The notes under the pieces were generated by a model that worked only from the letters and a program-made list of their open reading frames with translations, ran no database searches and was not told where the DNA came from. The translations under genes were made by a program, and so were the position numbers. 64,000 nucleotides of DNA from Gracilinanus agilis (taxonomy: Eukaryota): assembly GCF_016433145.1 (NCBI RefSeq), contig NC_058134.1, positions 183,257,094 to 183,321,093 on the forward strand. The letters run 5' to 3'. Numbering within the stretch: position 1 is the first letter of the stretch; every line of letters begins with the position of its first letter. This document shows, piece after piece, positions 12,229 through 26,729 of this stretch.

Positions 12229-12478
12229 GGTGGTGCAGTAGATAGAGTGCTGAGCTTGTAGTCAGGACCCAGTTCAAATCCAGCCTCAGATACTTAGTAG
12301 CTGGATGATCCTGGACAAGTCACTTAATTCTGTTTGCCTCACTTTCTTTATCTGTAAATGTAAAAGTACCCATCTCCCAAGGTTGTTGTGAGGATCAAAT
12401 AAAATAATAACAATAATAGTAAAGTGCTCAGCACTTTGCCTGGTACATAGGAAGGGTATTATAAAAGTTAGCTATTAC
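12229..12478 (+). mobile_element. MIR/Mar-type CORE-SINE
   Basis: gtggtgcagtagatagagtgctg...gttcaaatccagcctcagatact...tcacttaatt...ctgtaa. Confidence 0.8.
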
Positions 12479-12547
12479 ATTATTATACTGCTTGTATATT
12501 TACTTGTATATTATTATACTGCTTGTATATTATTATACTGCTTGTAT
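12479..12547. repeat. 19-bp minisatellite ATTATTATACTGCTTGTAT, three full copies and one partial
   Basis: Copies at 12479, 12510 and 12529, with a partial copy at 12498-12509. Confidence 0.9.
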
Positions 12548-15386
12548 GATTTATTTTTAAGACTTTGAATGATCTATTGCTTTAACTTAAAATGTGATTT
12601 TATTTACATTTCACTTTTTAGGAACTCATTGTGGATGTATACAAAAATTGAATCACACAAACCATTTGTGTATAAAATAGAAAGTGATTAGTAATGCACT
12701 TCACAAAGACAATGGGTGATCAAAAATGAATAAAACATGAAAGGCATCTGCCTTCTGGGAGCTTACTGTCTATTTAGAGAGATGTGAAATACATGAGTAG
12801 ATACTATTAGAGGCCCTGAGTTCAAAGCCAACCCTAATGCTCTCTGTGACTTTGAACAAATCGTTTAACCCTTCTCAAGCCTCAGTTTCCTCTACTATAA
12901 ACTGAAGGAGTTTGACTAAATGACCTTTGAGGTCCTTCCCAGCGCTAAATATATGATCATATGAAGTTATACAAATAGACTACATTAAGTGCCAGTTGAG
13001 AGATGCTATGAGAGTTCATAAGAAAAGAGATTACTTCCTGTTTGAAGATCTGGAAAAGCTTTATGGAGGAAATGTCATTTTAGGATCTTTGAATAAGAGA
13101 GGGAGGCTGACAAGTATGTATTGAGCCAACTTTGAAGCTGAAGGGTTCAGATTCTACCCTTGACAAATTTTGGCTGTGTGTCCCAGACAGAGTAAGCCAC
13201 TTTTAACCTATCAGTGCACCTGGCAATTCCCAAAGACTACCTCAGTGCAGAGACTACATTGGTAGAATTTCCTCATATGGGACTTCCCTAAACCAATGAA
13301 ATCACAGTCAGACTCTATCCTTTAAATGAAATTAGTGTAAGGAACAGGGGATTTAGTTTAAAAAAAAAAAAACAGAAACTTGATTTTGAATCTCTGCTTT
13401 GCTACTGTGAGAATATGGGCAAGTCAGTTAATTTTTCTAAACCTTTATTCATTCATAAACTAGCCACAGAGGAAAAACCTGAGAAAGGGTTGGACTAGAT
13501 GATTTCTAAAGTCCCTTTCAGTTCTAAGTTTAAATCTTATGAACCTATAATGTGTACATTTGAAATAAGTAGATATGTGGGGAAGGCCCTATATTCATGA
13601 ATAAAGGCACAGATAGAGACACATGTGACATGTTCAGCCACAATGGGTTTTTCAGTGCTCCATTTTGAGAGATATTTGGAAGGAAAGTAGTGAAAGAAGA
13701 GATTAGACTGGAGGCAGATTGTAGAAGTCATGAATGCCAGACTGAGGATTTTGAACTTCATGATTAACTTCCATTGAGTTTTTAGCATCTGCATCTTAGA
13801 CTTTAAGAAAACTGGTTGGGGGCGGGGCGCGGCACAGTAGCTAAGAGTTTGTTATGGCTCAGATTCTGTAAATATTTTGAATCCCTGGTATGTGCCAGGC
13901 ACTGTGTTTTGCTGAAGTCACAGAGCAAAAGGAAAGAGCCCTACTTTCAGGGCACTTACATTCTATTTATGGAAACGTGTGCACATATAAGTAAATACAC
14001 AATATATATATATAGAATAAATACAAATTAATTGGGGAAGGAATGTTAGGAATCAGAAAAGATTTTATGTAGGAATTGGTACTTTGATGGATATAAGGTT
14101 TTCTCCTTGCCACCTTTTATTGTTAATCATTACATAAGTAGGACCAAATTTCATGAGATGCCTAGACACAGTGGCTTAGAACTAGGTTAGTACAAGTTCC
14201 TTGTTCTCATGGTGGAGCAAAAATGGGTGTAGTAAAAGGTCTGGGATATACAACATAAACACTTTTAGAGCCTAAGGCCTTATTGGTGAGTAGGGCTCAA
14301 AACAGTCCAGGGAATGGTGTATTTGACAAACCAGAATATCTGGATTTTGACCTATTTGGTTATTTCTTATTCCTGAGTGAGCCAAATAGACATTTTATGT
14401 ATTTACATGTATATTTGTGTACAGACTGAATATATTTCTGCATGCATTCATGTGCACATTTAAATAATTTATTCAGGAACTCTGATCATCTTGTTTTGAA
14501 TTACTGTCAATTCTCCCTCTAAATGATATTGATTGGCCACTCTTATATGTACTTCTCTTTTCTTGGGTTCCAGAAAGGAAATCAATGGCGTATGTATGTA
14601 TGTGAGAGAGAGACAGAGACAGAGATGGGTGTGTACATGTTCTATAAATCAAATTCTTGACATCGAATAGTTTACAATTTCACAATAGAAAGGGGGATCT
14701 ATTTCTATATATCCTTTAAAAGTTGATGTTTTGATTAATAAAATAATTTGTTCCTATATACTTTAATCTTTTTTAACTCTACTTCTTGGTCTACTTTTTC
14801 TGAAGCTGGCCAAGAAGTGCTCTTTGCCACCTCTTCATCATCTTTGCTGTGAATTTTACTGCTATTTCCATCTCTTTAGAAACTAGAGGTTGATAGACAT
14901 GTTCATGGCAGTAGCTAAGACTTCAGTCACTCTAGTTAAGGGATGTACAGTGCTGTACTCTGTGAGCTTCTTGTGAAGTCATGGCATATTCCAGTGAGAA
15001 TGTGTTCAAAATTACACAATGGCCATTCTAAAATGAACTATCTAGTCTTAAGTATGAGACAAAAGAACCATGCCTATACTCACCTGGATTGTTTTTCTCA
15101 AAAAGCTGATGGGAAAGTTGTAAATATTATAAAAGTCAGATTTCCAAGCTTATGTGACTTATAGTATTTAGTAGAAATCTGACATGTTCTAACCATTGCA
15201 GCTATTAAAACAAGTTTTACTAAAGTTATTTTTAACATGCCTTTTTTGAGTATATCCTAAAAGTGTATGACCCACATAAAAGTAGGTAGGTATTAAATTT
15301 CTAACTTGTAAGAGAGTTTGGGCTACATTTATTTAAGTGTGAAGAATATTCTAATCATATTTTTATTGCCTTTTTTTTTGTTATAA

Positions 15387-15536
<150 letters not shown>

Positions 15537-15614
15537 TAATACTAAATAATGACATCTATATGATGGCCTGAAGTTTTTGAGCAATAATACTTAGTTTTGA
15601 AATGTGCATTAGGT

Positions 15615-15855
15615 CCCTTGTGAAAAATTTCAGTAATGTCCGACTACATGATCCCATTTGGGGTTTTCTTGGCAAAGATAGTGGAATGATTTGCCATTTC
15701 CTTAAATAACTCATTTTATAGATGAGGAAACTGAGGCAAACAGGGTTAAATGACTTGCCCAAGGTCACAGAACTAGTATCTGTGTCTGAGTCCAGATTTG
15801 AACTCTTTATGACTCCAGGCCCAGTGCTCTATCCACTGCACCATCTAGTTGCCGC
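15615..15855 (-). mobile_element. Mar1-type CORE-SINE with RTE-derived tail
   Basis: ccatttggggttttcttggcaaagat...tttgccatttcc...gatgaggaaactgaggcaaac; starts about 100 bp after the KRAS exon 2 donor. Confidence 0.85.
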
Positions 15856-18800
15856 TCGCGAAAATATTTATGCTTTAAAATAATTTTGAACTGCTTAATG
15901 TTAAAGTGGTCTTGTGTACGTTAACAATTCTGACTAACAATATTTAAGAGTGAGGGGCTTTGTAGCATGATAAAGAAGCTCATCTCAGGAGCAAGAAGAC
16001 CTGAGTTTTAGTTCTTCTGAGAGATAGTTTGATCCTGACTAAGTCATCCTCTTACTATCATTGACAATTCTCTAAGCCTTAAAGTTGTGAAACAGTTATT
16101 TATTCCCATTTGCTAAGGGAATTTCCTCTTCTTAAAATTCCCTACATCAAAGAAATTCTAGGGCTGAACCCCTCAAAAAATGTTCAGTAGCATAACCACA
16201 AAAAACACTTTTTGTATCTATCAACAGATAATGTATCTTGAAAAGGAACAATTTAGAATAATAATATAGGTAGGGCTTTGCATGTACATATCCTTATGTG
16301 TATCTTTAAAGCACTTACCCACATATTCCTATTAAGTCCCTTTAGTCTTTTCTTTAAGCTTAAACAATCCCAGATTTTTTTTTAAAATTTTTTTAAACCC
16401 TTACCTAATGTCTTAGAATGTAACCTTCAAGAAGGCTACATTATGTTGAAGAAAATAATATGTACATCCTTACCAGATGGTAGTTTAGAATGAGTCTTTT
16501 CATGGCTTCTTAGTAGTGTAAATTTTGATAGATAGAAAATATGGGGAAAATGGTTTAGAGAGAAGAAGATAATGATATTTTACAGATTGAGAGATATATT
16601 TGAAATTTTCTCCTTCATTAGCCCAGATAGAAATAATTTGGTGAAAGTTTTAGGAGCAAATTTTAGCTCAATGTGAGGAGAGAAATAATTAATGCTGTCT
16701 AAAAGTAGACTGAGAATATCATAAAATAGTTCTCTTTTTAGATCTTTTAAACAGCTAGATCATCATTTGGAAAGACCATTGTGGGGGAATTACTATTTCA
16801 GAAGAGAGGATATCCTAGATCACTAGTACTGGATGATTTCTAGATAACCTGAGATTCTATGAAATTTACTAGGTAGAACTATTTTTTTTTTGTTTATACA
16901 TGCTTTTCATCATTGTGGGTAACTTATCCAGTGTAAAAATGGGTCTCTTAGGTAGTATATGGCAAAGACAAGAATTAAACCCAGAAAGTCTCTGCTCTGA
17001 TTTCCTGGTCACTACTCCATACTTCATATCCAAGCAGACCTTGCTTGTTTTTAAATAGAAAATTAGCTCCAGTACATAATAAGAAAAAAGAGTAATGGAT
17101 GGATCTGAGCTTCCTATTCTGAATACCTGTATCTGAAATATTTCATTTAAATATGCTGTTCCAAACTGCTATTATGTCAGAGGTCAAAGTTACAAATTAT
17201 GCTATGCAACTATATGATTTGGTTTGGTTTCATAAGCATGAGTGTCATGGTTTGTATATAAATTATTGTGTACATCTGATTCAGACCTGGTACATTTATT
17301 ACTCTGAGATAATGGTTAATCAGTGCTATAGGATTCCAAACAAAAGGAACTTTTTGCAATTTCTATTATTGGGAGAAAATTATTCTAAATACAACGCATA
17401 GCTAATAATTATTAAAATGACATTTTAAGTTCAGTTTTATTTCTCCTCCCAATTACTGAAAATTACTAAGTGCAAAAGGTAAACTTTAATTTCAGTTGTT
17501 ATAGGTCAAAGATGTCATAAGAAAAGACTCTTTTAGAGTAATACGACTTGAAAAACTATTTTAGAAAATATATTTAGTTAATATGCATGCGAAATGAGTG
17601 ATTTATTAATGATACTTTAGTAGTACAAGCAGGATTATTATCATTATAGCATTATTTATTTATTCTACACCATACATTGCTGCTATGACAATAAGTTATA
17701 TTTATATTGTGCTTCTCCATTTACACAAAACACTTTGATCACAAGGGTGAGCTAGGTAGTGCAACTATTATTTCTCCTTGTAGAGATGGGAAAACTGAGC
17801 CCCAAAGTAGTTAAATGGTTGGTTTAGAGCTTCATAGTAAGTAGTGGAATTGAGATTCAAACCTGGGTCTTGATTCCATATCTAGTTTTCTTTCCATTAT
17901 ACCATACTGCTTGTTGATGTAATTAACATTGTTTACTTGACTCTGACTTGATGTCCTCTGCTAATCAAACAGTGTTTTCTGTCTCTGATTTCTGTGGTCT
18001 TCCTGACCCCCATTTCTTTTTTGAGGTCTGTCTCATAGTTTTTCTCAAGGTTTAATTTTCTCACTTATTGTCACTTCTACTCCAATGTTTTAATAAAGGG
18101 ATAGAGGTGATCCTAAGTTCTTGTAGCATCTGCCAGGAAAGTCAGGCTCTGGAATGTCCTAACTCACTGGGAACAACTTTGAACATGGGTATTTATGAAT
18201 GTTAAGCAGTGGAGAACAGACTTCTGGTAAATTATTTAACCTTTCTGGATCCGTTTCCTCATTTATAAAATGAGTTGATTTCTGAGACCAGGTTAACCAG
18301 GTCAGGAGAGATTTATTTCCACATTTGGCTGCCACAGTAATAACAAAAGACTCCACTAATGTGTAGAGAAGTTGCAATCTGTATAAGTGATGGAATTAAT
18401 CTTTTGAAATCCTTTAGCAGTAGTAGATAATTCTTTTTTGAAATAAGAAAGAACTTGAGGTTGAATTGATTGGAGAAAACTTTCAGTGTTAATAATAAGC
18501 CATATACATTTTACATGCCCATACACCATGAATATAGATATAAATTATTGCTACTACCTAATATTGGCAGCAAGTATTTAAAATTTTTAAAATCATTTTA
18601 AAAGACTATAAAATAGTTATAATATTTGAAATAATTGAGTTAATGATAAGCCTTAAGTATTAAAAATAATTCCTATTTTCTAACATAACTTGTTTATTTT
18701 TAAATTTTAATTGATCATTACTCTTGCAAACTTAAGAGTGCATTTTGCTAAGATTATCTCACTATGTATTGAATAAAACCCTTTTAAACATTGTGATACA

Positions 18801-21011
18801 TGTTAAACTGTCTCCCTTTTTTCTCAAATTCTCAGAAGTGCCCTCTACTGGTCAACATTTTGCTTTTGATACTAAATTTTAATTCATACTAGAATTTTTA
18901 AATTCTGACTTATTTATGTACATGGCAATTTTAGAAAAATGTGACAGCTTCAGAATCTTTATCTTATTCTTAGGAACTCATTCAGTAGTTAAATTTTAAT
19001 GATTTATTCTAAATTCTTTAATTTTCTAATAAAGGTATACATATATAAACTTTGCACATACACGATTGAAGCAATATATTTATGTCATGTTATGTCTGTT
19101 TTGTTGAACTTAGTGGAAAATCATTTTAGGCTAGAAAGTTAGGCTAATGCTAGAATAGTAAATCAAAAAGCATTTATTAAGTGTTTAATGTATGCCTGGC
19201 CCTAAGCTCTAGGTATTAGAGATACAAATAAGAACAAAACATCTACTCTCAAGGATTTTTTATATCAGTGTGGAGATAACACTATATATCAGCATGTTAG
19301 CAATACAAAGACAATGGATAAAAGCAAATGCATGATTTAGTAGAGAGGGTACTACATTTTCATCTAACTTATGCTAATGGCGGTAAAAGAGATATATTGT
19401 TTTGTTGCCAAACTTCCTTAGAGAAGCTTCTGAACCTATTTCTTTCCATCGAACTTGGAAGATCAAAAATCATATAACACTTTTATTAATGTGTCACACT
19501 TTAGACATTTTGTAATATGAGATTTGAAAACAAAACCTTAAAGTTGATCAGTCCATCAAAATTATTAAAGTACCTATTGTATGTCAGGCACTGTTCACAG
19601 CAGTGTTCATTACTTTAGTGGCTTCTGTGACCCCATTTCTCCAGAGGAACAGAGCTGAAAGTACCCACTCCTTATCCAATATGAACTTGGTTCCTGTCTT
19701 CCTGGGAAGTCTTTCATGGCAAGTCTACCTAACATACCAGAGGCATGCTAGGTCTTTATGTGGTTACCAGTACTGCATGAAGGCTATCAATTTGTTATCC
19801 AGCACGCTCACTACTTTAATAGCCTCTCATTTTCTTATTTGTATAACTTTGATATTTTTACACTGCTTGTGTATAGTTTTTGTTGTTAGTAATGGATGGC
19901 AAAAAATATCTACACATCTATACTTGTACATCTCTTCTCTGGATGATACTGTAGTTCTTTGGAAATCATAATAGATTTACAAAAGGATTTTTTAAAATGT
20001 TGAGATTGGGCCTCCTGATTTCATTGGTATAGGCAATTTCTCCTTAGCAAACTAATTTTTTCAATGCAGATTGGTACTTATTCTACAGTTTATGATCTTG
20101 CAGAACTGTTTGGGGCCAGAAGAGGTTAAATGACTTGCCTAGGGTCACATGATACAATGCATCAGAGGCAGAATTTTAACTTGGTCTTCCTTATTGAGAG
20201 ACCAACTCTTTTTTTTTTTTCAGCACAGTCTCTCCTTATCAAAGGGTTGTTGATTTTAAAAGATGGGATTTTGTTTCAGAGAAAAACTTGGGGTTGTATA
20301 AAACACTATGCAATTTTCTATATGCAATCTAAGATGCTCTTTCCCTTTTTAATTTGGAGCCTATACAGTGTCTAAATATGACATTTATTCTGATGGACCA
20401 GATCAATAGCCTATCTTACCAAATGCTTTGTAAAGTCTGGATAATAGGCTATTCTTCAGCTTCCTGGTTTTCTTTTTTAATTGTTAGGCCAAACTGAGTG
20501 TTTGTCAGTCAGCATTGTCCAACAGGATTATTTAAAGACTTCAGTCTTTAGGGAACTCTTTTGAGCTGGTTTGGATAGCTCCCTAGAACAGTAGTAAATT
20601 CCAGTATATGTTAATTTTTTTGTACCTTGCTCTTTATTTAATTCAGCAAGTGGTCACCCAAAGTTATCAGGAAATCTCGTAAGATCTTAGCATGTTAAGC
20701 TAAGAGCACATCTTTTTGGAAGACTGCTTTTAAGCTTAGATTTTGCTTTACTGAATCAGAATTTTTAAGAATAGAGTGAGTTCTAATTCTTTACACTTTT
20801 CAGTCAGTTGTGTGGGTAAAGATGAGATCTAATGTAGAATATTGTTTGTAATTTTCATCTAATATGTCCTAGATATTGTATTATAGTTCAGTTTTTGTAG
20901 AGGTAAGAAAATAGGTAGAAGGGTTGTAGTTATTTATATCCTTCTAGTCATTTTTTCCCCAGTAGTAATACTCTCTGGGATTTTTTTTTTTGTTCCAGTC
21001 AATGCCCTCAA

Positions 21012-21195
21012 GAATATTGAGAACCAGGCCTAGAGATGAGAGGTCCTGAGATCCAGTGTGACCTCAGATGCTTTCTAGCTGTGTGATCATGGGCAGGTCA
21101 TTTAAACCCGCTTTGCCTAGCCTTTTGCCACAGTTCTGCTTTGGAGCCAGTATATACTATTGAGTCTAAGACAAGATAAAGGTTTTTTAAAAAAT
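21012..21195 (+). mobile_element. SINE1_Mdo-like SINE, 5'-truncated and diverged
   Basis: gagaaccaggcctagagatg...ttctgctttggagccagtatatactattgagtctaag. Confidence 0.8.
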
Positions 21196-22044
21196 GTTGT
21201 ATTCCAACATCACATTCTTCCGGGCATACTTTGTCTACTCTAACTGTTCTCATATATCTTTTCTTTACCAGTAGAATATAAGCTCCCTGTGGTCAGGGAC
21301 AATTTTTGTTTTGTCTTTTGAGTCCCAAGTTTAGCATATATTGAGCATCTAATAAATTTAATACTTAAGTTGAATTTTTTTAAGTGTTTTTTCTACTTTC
21401 TATGTAGAACATTGATTAGAATCTCCCATTGGTAAGGAAAATAGTTATAGAAATGGTGACAGACCTTTGCCTTTTTTTGTTTGTCTGCTTACTGGTTTCA
21501 TCTTCAAATGGGGAGGGGAAAATAAGCATTTATACAGTGAGTACTGTTTGTTGGTCATAAGCACTTTTTACAGATATCTCATTTGATCTTCAGAACAACC
21601 CTGTGAAGTAGATGCCATTATCCTCATTTTATAGTTGAAGAAAACTGAGGTAAACAGGTGAAGTGATTTGCCCAGGGTCATATAACTGCTAAGTGTTTGA
21701 GGCTGGATTTAAATTTAGGTCTTTTAGACTTCAGGCCTAGCATTCTAACCATCTAATCTGGCTTAATTGGGTCTTTCAGCAAGCTTTCTATAAATTTGTC
21801 ATTCCCTCCACTCTTTGTGGCTTTTAAAAAATATTTCCCCACCCCCAACCATTCCCCGCCCCCAATCCCATTTTAGTTTTGCTAATTAGTTTCTATTCTA
21901 AGGTGATAAATTATTCTTGACTTATTGTTTAAAAGGTTTTTTAGCCTTTTTTTTTAATCTCCTAATTTATATCAATTTTCTAACCTGGAAAAACAAGTAA
22001 CCTAGTCTTTCTCTTGCCATGAGACTGCAAATTCTTAAAAAAAA

Positions 22045-22545
22045 TTTTTTTTAATATTTTATTTTTCCTCAATTCTATATAAAAACAATTTAAACAACAT
22101 ATTAGTTCTAAATCCTCTCCCACCATCCCTCTTTTCCTTACTTCTTCCCTCTCTTCCCTAAGACGGTAAGCAATCTGATACAGATTTTACATGTGCAATC
22201 AATGTAAACCATTTTTCCATATTAGTCAGTTTGTAGAAAAGATTTCAAATGATTAAAAAAAAAGTAAAATACAGTAGTATGTTTTGGTAAGCATTCAGAC
22301 TCCATCATTTCTTTCTCTGAGAGCAGATGACATTTTTCATCATGAGTCTGGGGTTGTCTTGGATTGCTGAGAATAAATAGATTGTTCACAGTTATTCATC
22401 AAAAAATATTGTTACTGTGTATGTACAATGTTGTTTTGGTTCTCCTCACTTTACTTTGTATCAGTTTATGTGAGACTTTAGTAGAGATTTTCCTGAAATC
22501 ATCCTGCCTGTCATTTCTTAAAGCACCATAGTATTCCACAAATTG
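22045..22545 (-). mobile_element. Marsupial L1 3' end
   Basis: T-rich start followed by the reverse complement of the L1 3' UTR motifs seen at 9480-9705. Confidence 0.7.
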
Positions 22546-25500
22546 TTAAGCCACATCTTGTTCTCCTTTCTGATGCCCTATTATTCTTGCCCTGCCCATA
22601 TTCTATGCCCATTCCCAAATTTGGTTCTTCTGTGCCTAGAAACTTTCAGGCTAGAAACTTCTAGTTTCTTAACTGAGAAGTTAGAAATAATTAGACTTAT
22701 TTCAGCGAAACCCTACTTTCCATAAAACATCTGAGCCACTCTGATCCAGACTCCTACAATGCATGCTATGGTGAGGTAACTTAGTTGTTTTCTTTCCTTT
22801 CCTACTCTTGGCAGTTCTGTTCTAGGGCTTTTATTCTCGGCTCTAGTGGGAGAGTTGATGAATTGCTCTAGTATTTTTCCTTTGTTCTCTTTGCTTTTTA
22901 CTCCTTTGGGTGTCTTCAGCTGGGTCACATGGCCTTTTCTTTTGGACCTTCTGTTGGACACATTAAATAAAAGGGTCATGTTGCTTTCAACATTTACTCA
23001 CTTGCCTAATTTTTTTGCTAGGTCATTTTACTCTCAGCAGTAGATTTTGTCAGTCAGTTAGCCTTCTTTAGGAAATGTTTGTAGATTGTTTTGATGTCTG
23101 TTCCTTTCTCCATTTTCTGTCAACAGAATATTTTAGGTTAGTTGTTTTAATTGCATGGTATATCTTAGTATGGGTTTGATTTTGATCTTTACTCTAAGAA
23201 GTTAGGCTGTACATTTAGAAACAACCACATTAGTAACCCATTGTTTCTTGTCCAAAATACAGTTTCATTTTCATGATATTCATTGTTTGCAATCTCTTTT
23301 GAAGCATTCACGATGTGTATATAAGTTTTTGGCATCTTCCATTCCTTAATCCTCACCTTATTTCTAACATATTTTTCAACATCTTACCCAGTGCTTACCT
23401 TTGCAGTGAAATTACCAATTATATTAATGATGTATTGTTTTAATTTGGAGAGTCTTACTGTATATGCTCTTCTAGGACTTTTCTACCTCTTTATCCTCTG
23501 CAACTGATGTCACATAAGTTTCCATGTACACTGCCATAAAAGATGAAAAAGAACCCTCCCACCCTCCCCATTACCTTAAGATACACAATACAATCTCTTG
23601 TGTTTTGCTTTTCTATAGAGAACCTCCTCTTGTTTAGGTGTAGCTTCCTTATATCTTCTGGTTTCCAATAGATCAAGCAACAATATTAGTCTTTTTTTTT
23701 TAATGTTAGTCTTAATATGATTCACTTGCCTTCATTTGGTAGTGTGACAACTTGCTGGTCAATGGACAAGGATGTCACATTTAGAATATTGACAGTTCGT
23801 TTTAATGGTTGCATATGGTATAAAAACTATTATCTTTAGAATGCATTTGGTTCCTTTTTTGTCACCTAATTGCCATAAGAATTCATCACCTGATGATATG
23901 ATGAGTATCTTTCTTCTAAGCTGGACTTGTCCTTGAAAAGCAGACATCTGTTGATAGGACTGTACACAGAGACTTTCTGTAATGGTAAAATTTACCAGAA
24001 CCAGTACTCCGCTCTCATAGCTTTCAAGGATCCAGCATTTTTTCCAATTCCCACTTAGGATTCTGAATAGGACTTCATGACAGCTTAAATTTTAATAGTA
24101 TTGTCTATTTAGTAAATATTTGAATTACTGTGAGCATAACTTAAGAGAGTCTATGCATTAGAAATTTGTTCAGTTTTTCACATATCCAGGTCTGATTTGC
24201 ACCTAGGTTGTGGAAGCATACATATTTTAAATTGTTCTATGGAGCTAGAAAAGAAGTACATCTGGATAATAGTAATAATGATTGTACTTGTTTGTGATGG
24301 GGATTAGACATTGTTGTATAGTGTTTTAGACCTGGGTTTCAATATATTTTTTTAAACTCTTACCTTAGAAATGTCTGAGGCCAGATTTGAACCTAATACT
24401 TCTTGTCTCTAGGCCTGGCTCTCAATCCACTGAGCTGCCTCAGTATTTTTTTAAATTTAAAATGTTAACTTCTATTTCTAGTAATATAAGAAGATCAAAG
24501 AAAGACAGAATAAGCAAAAATAAATAAAAAAAATAGAATTAAGCCCCCAAAGCCCTTAACTTAGCTAAAAAACATTAAAAATGGTTCAAAAGGATTTTTT
24601 CCATACAATTGTATCTTTACCTTTATAAGTTGTTAATAAAAGTACATTTTCTTGAATAAGTTAACACTAACATTCTCTGCTTTGTAGGTATGGTTTTTGA
24701 CAATACTTTCTGGTACTGATCCCTTATATGGTTGAAGTCAATATATGTATTATGTTCTTTTGTTTTCACTTTTTTATTCTACATCATTTCATATCTTTCA
24801 CAGTTCTTTGTATTTTATATATCTGTCATTCCCTGCAGTTGTGTCCTTTCTTTACCTCTTAATTGTGTTATTTTGGGTAACTTAAGTTCTTTGGACCTCT
24901 TTTTCCTTATGTATAAAATGAGGGGAGAGACTTAGAAAACTTAAATTTCAACATCCCTTCTTGCTCAAAGTTCTATTATCCTATTACCTATTTCAATTAA
25001 TGTGTAAGGAAGACTAATTTTTTTAATTTCAAAAAGAAAAATGGAAATCCTTCTGTATTTAAAAGGTCACTCAAAGTTTAAAAGCCTTAGCAGTATGAGA
25101 TCTTTTAAATCCTTTCTACTCCATGAGCCTATGTGATCCTCCTGCCTGTCTTTTTTAAAGCCTTCAGTTAATCGGGTAATTTGATGAATATCTATAAAGT
25201 CAAGGCCTATCTCTTCCCTATACAGCCTCCAATTAGATTCAGCATATTTTTAAAGGACCTTCCTTGTTCAAGGTACTTTTATAGAAGGGTCTGAAATATT
25301 AGAATAACTGCATTTCTATATCTGCTTTGGTATGTAATGTAGGGTACATTGACAAATAGCACTCTCAGATTTAAATTCTGGCAATCCTTAATATTTTTGT
25401 TTCAAAAGATATAATATTTAAATAATGGCTAACATATATTTGCTTAGAATTGAAGCCTTTAATGTGATGATACTGAGTTACAAGGTATATAACTAGCTTT

Positions 25501-25835
25501 AACCTCAGGAGAGGTGGGGTGGATCAGTTTCAGAATGTGTCCTAAAGTCTGTCTCCCATTCGTACCTCTGCTTCCTTTTCTTTGACTTTCTACTGTCTTT
25601 TCCCGTTTCTGGTAATATTTGACTTTGGGCCTATGAGGATCTCTGGAAAAGATGTAATTGCTAGGAACCTAGTGGTGATATTGCAGTGAGTGATTTTTTT
25701 TAACCTTTCTTATTTGGTGGCATTGTCCTATCTTTATGGACACCTCGTTCTTCCTTTGCTAGTCTGAATATATAATAATCTTTTCACTTTTTTAGTTAGA
25801 AACTCTTCATAGCTTAAAATGATCATGCACCCTAT

Positions 25836-26080
25836 TGACTACCATAAGATTTTTCTGGTTGCCAGGAGGCACATCTAAGAAACATAGTATAAGTATTGAT
25901 TGTACCCGTTCGTGATAGGATTAGACATTGTTTTATGGTGTTTTAGACCTGGGTTTCAATATATATATATTTTTTAAACCCTTAACTTCTGTCTTAGAAT
26001 CAATACTGTTTATTGGTTCCAAAGCATAAGATGTTTCTTAGGTGTGCCTCCTGACAACCAGAAAAATCTTATGGTAGTCA
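25836..26080. repeat. Inverted repeat: 50-bp arms 25836-25885 and 26031-26080 (48/50 complementary) around a 145-bp spacer
   Basis: The reverse complement of the left arm matches the right arm at all but 2 positions. Confidence 0.97.
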
Positions 26081-26550
26081 GATAAGTGATTTTATTGGTA
26101 TGATACTTCTGCTATTGATTCAAAAGATAGTCCCTCTGTGCTTTTGAGGATGATCTTCATGAATTGCTTTGGTTTAACAGATACCACTTGCTAGCCAAAC
26201 TTCTGGAGCCTTCCTTTCTAAGCTGATCCTTATATAACAAAACTTAAAGTCCATCATAGACACATCCTCAAAGCCTTTCTAGCATGTTTTCCCCTGGCTT
26301 ACCCTTTGAGGACCTGGGATGATTGTCATAACTGCAGTTATGCAGTGAGGAATGAGAGTAACACTTAAGTAGAATTTAATAGGTTGACCAGAACAATTTA
26401 AATGTAGAAATCTCATTATATTAATGATACTCAATTTAAGTGATTTTTGTACTTTAATATGCTTGGTAGCATCACCACATCTCTGTATAGCACCTATATA
26501 AAAATAAAAAGGTGTATTGTAATAACCAGACTCTGTTTCTCCTTTCTCAG

Positions 26551-26729
26551 GATTCCTACAGGAAACAAGTAGTAATTNNNNNNNNNNNNNNNNNNNNNNN
26601 NNNNNNNNNNNNNNNNNNNNNNNNNNNNNNNNNNNNNNNNNNNNNNNNNNNNNNNNNNNNNNNNNNNNNNNNNNNNNNNNNNNNNNNNNNNNNNNNNNNN
26701 NNNNNNNNNNNNNNNNNNNNNNNNNNNNN
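26551..26729 (+). CDS. KRAS: KRAS exon 3 (aa 38-97); only codons 38-46 DSYRKQVVI are visible, end inferred
   Basis: Acceptor ttctcag|GAT at 26550/26551, then 27 readable nt, then Ns at 26578-26750. The end assumes the conserved 179-nt exon. Confidence 0.9.

Noticed and set aside
25836-26080. Reading the inverted repeat as a MITE
   Set aside because: No target-site duplication, the ends match no TIR I recognise, and the interior is a copy of nearby intron.
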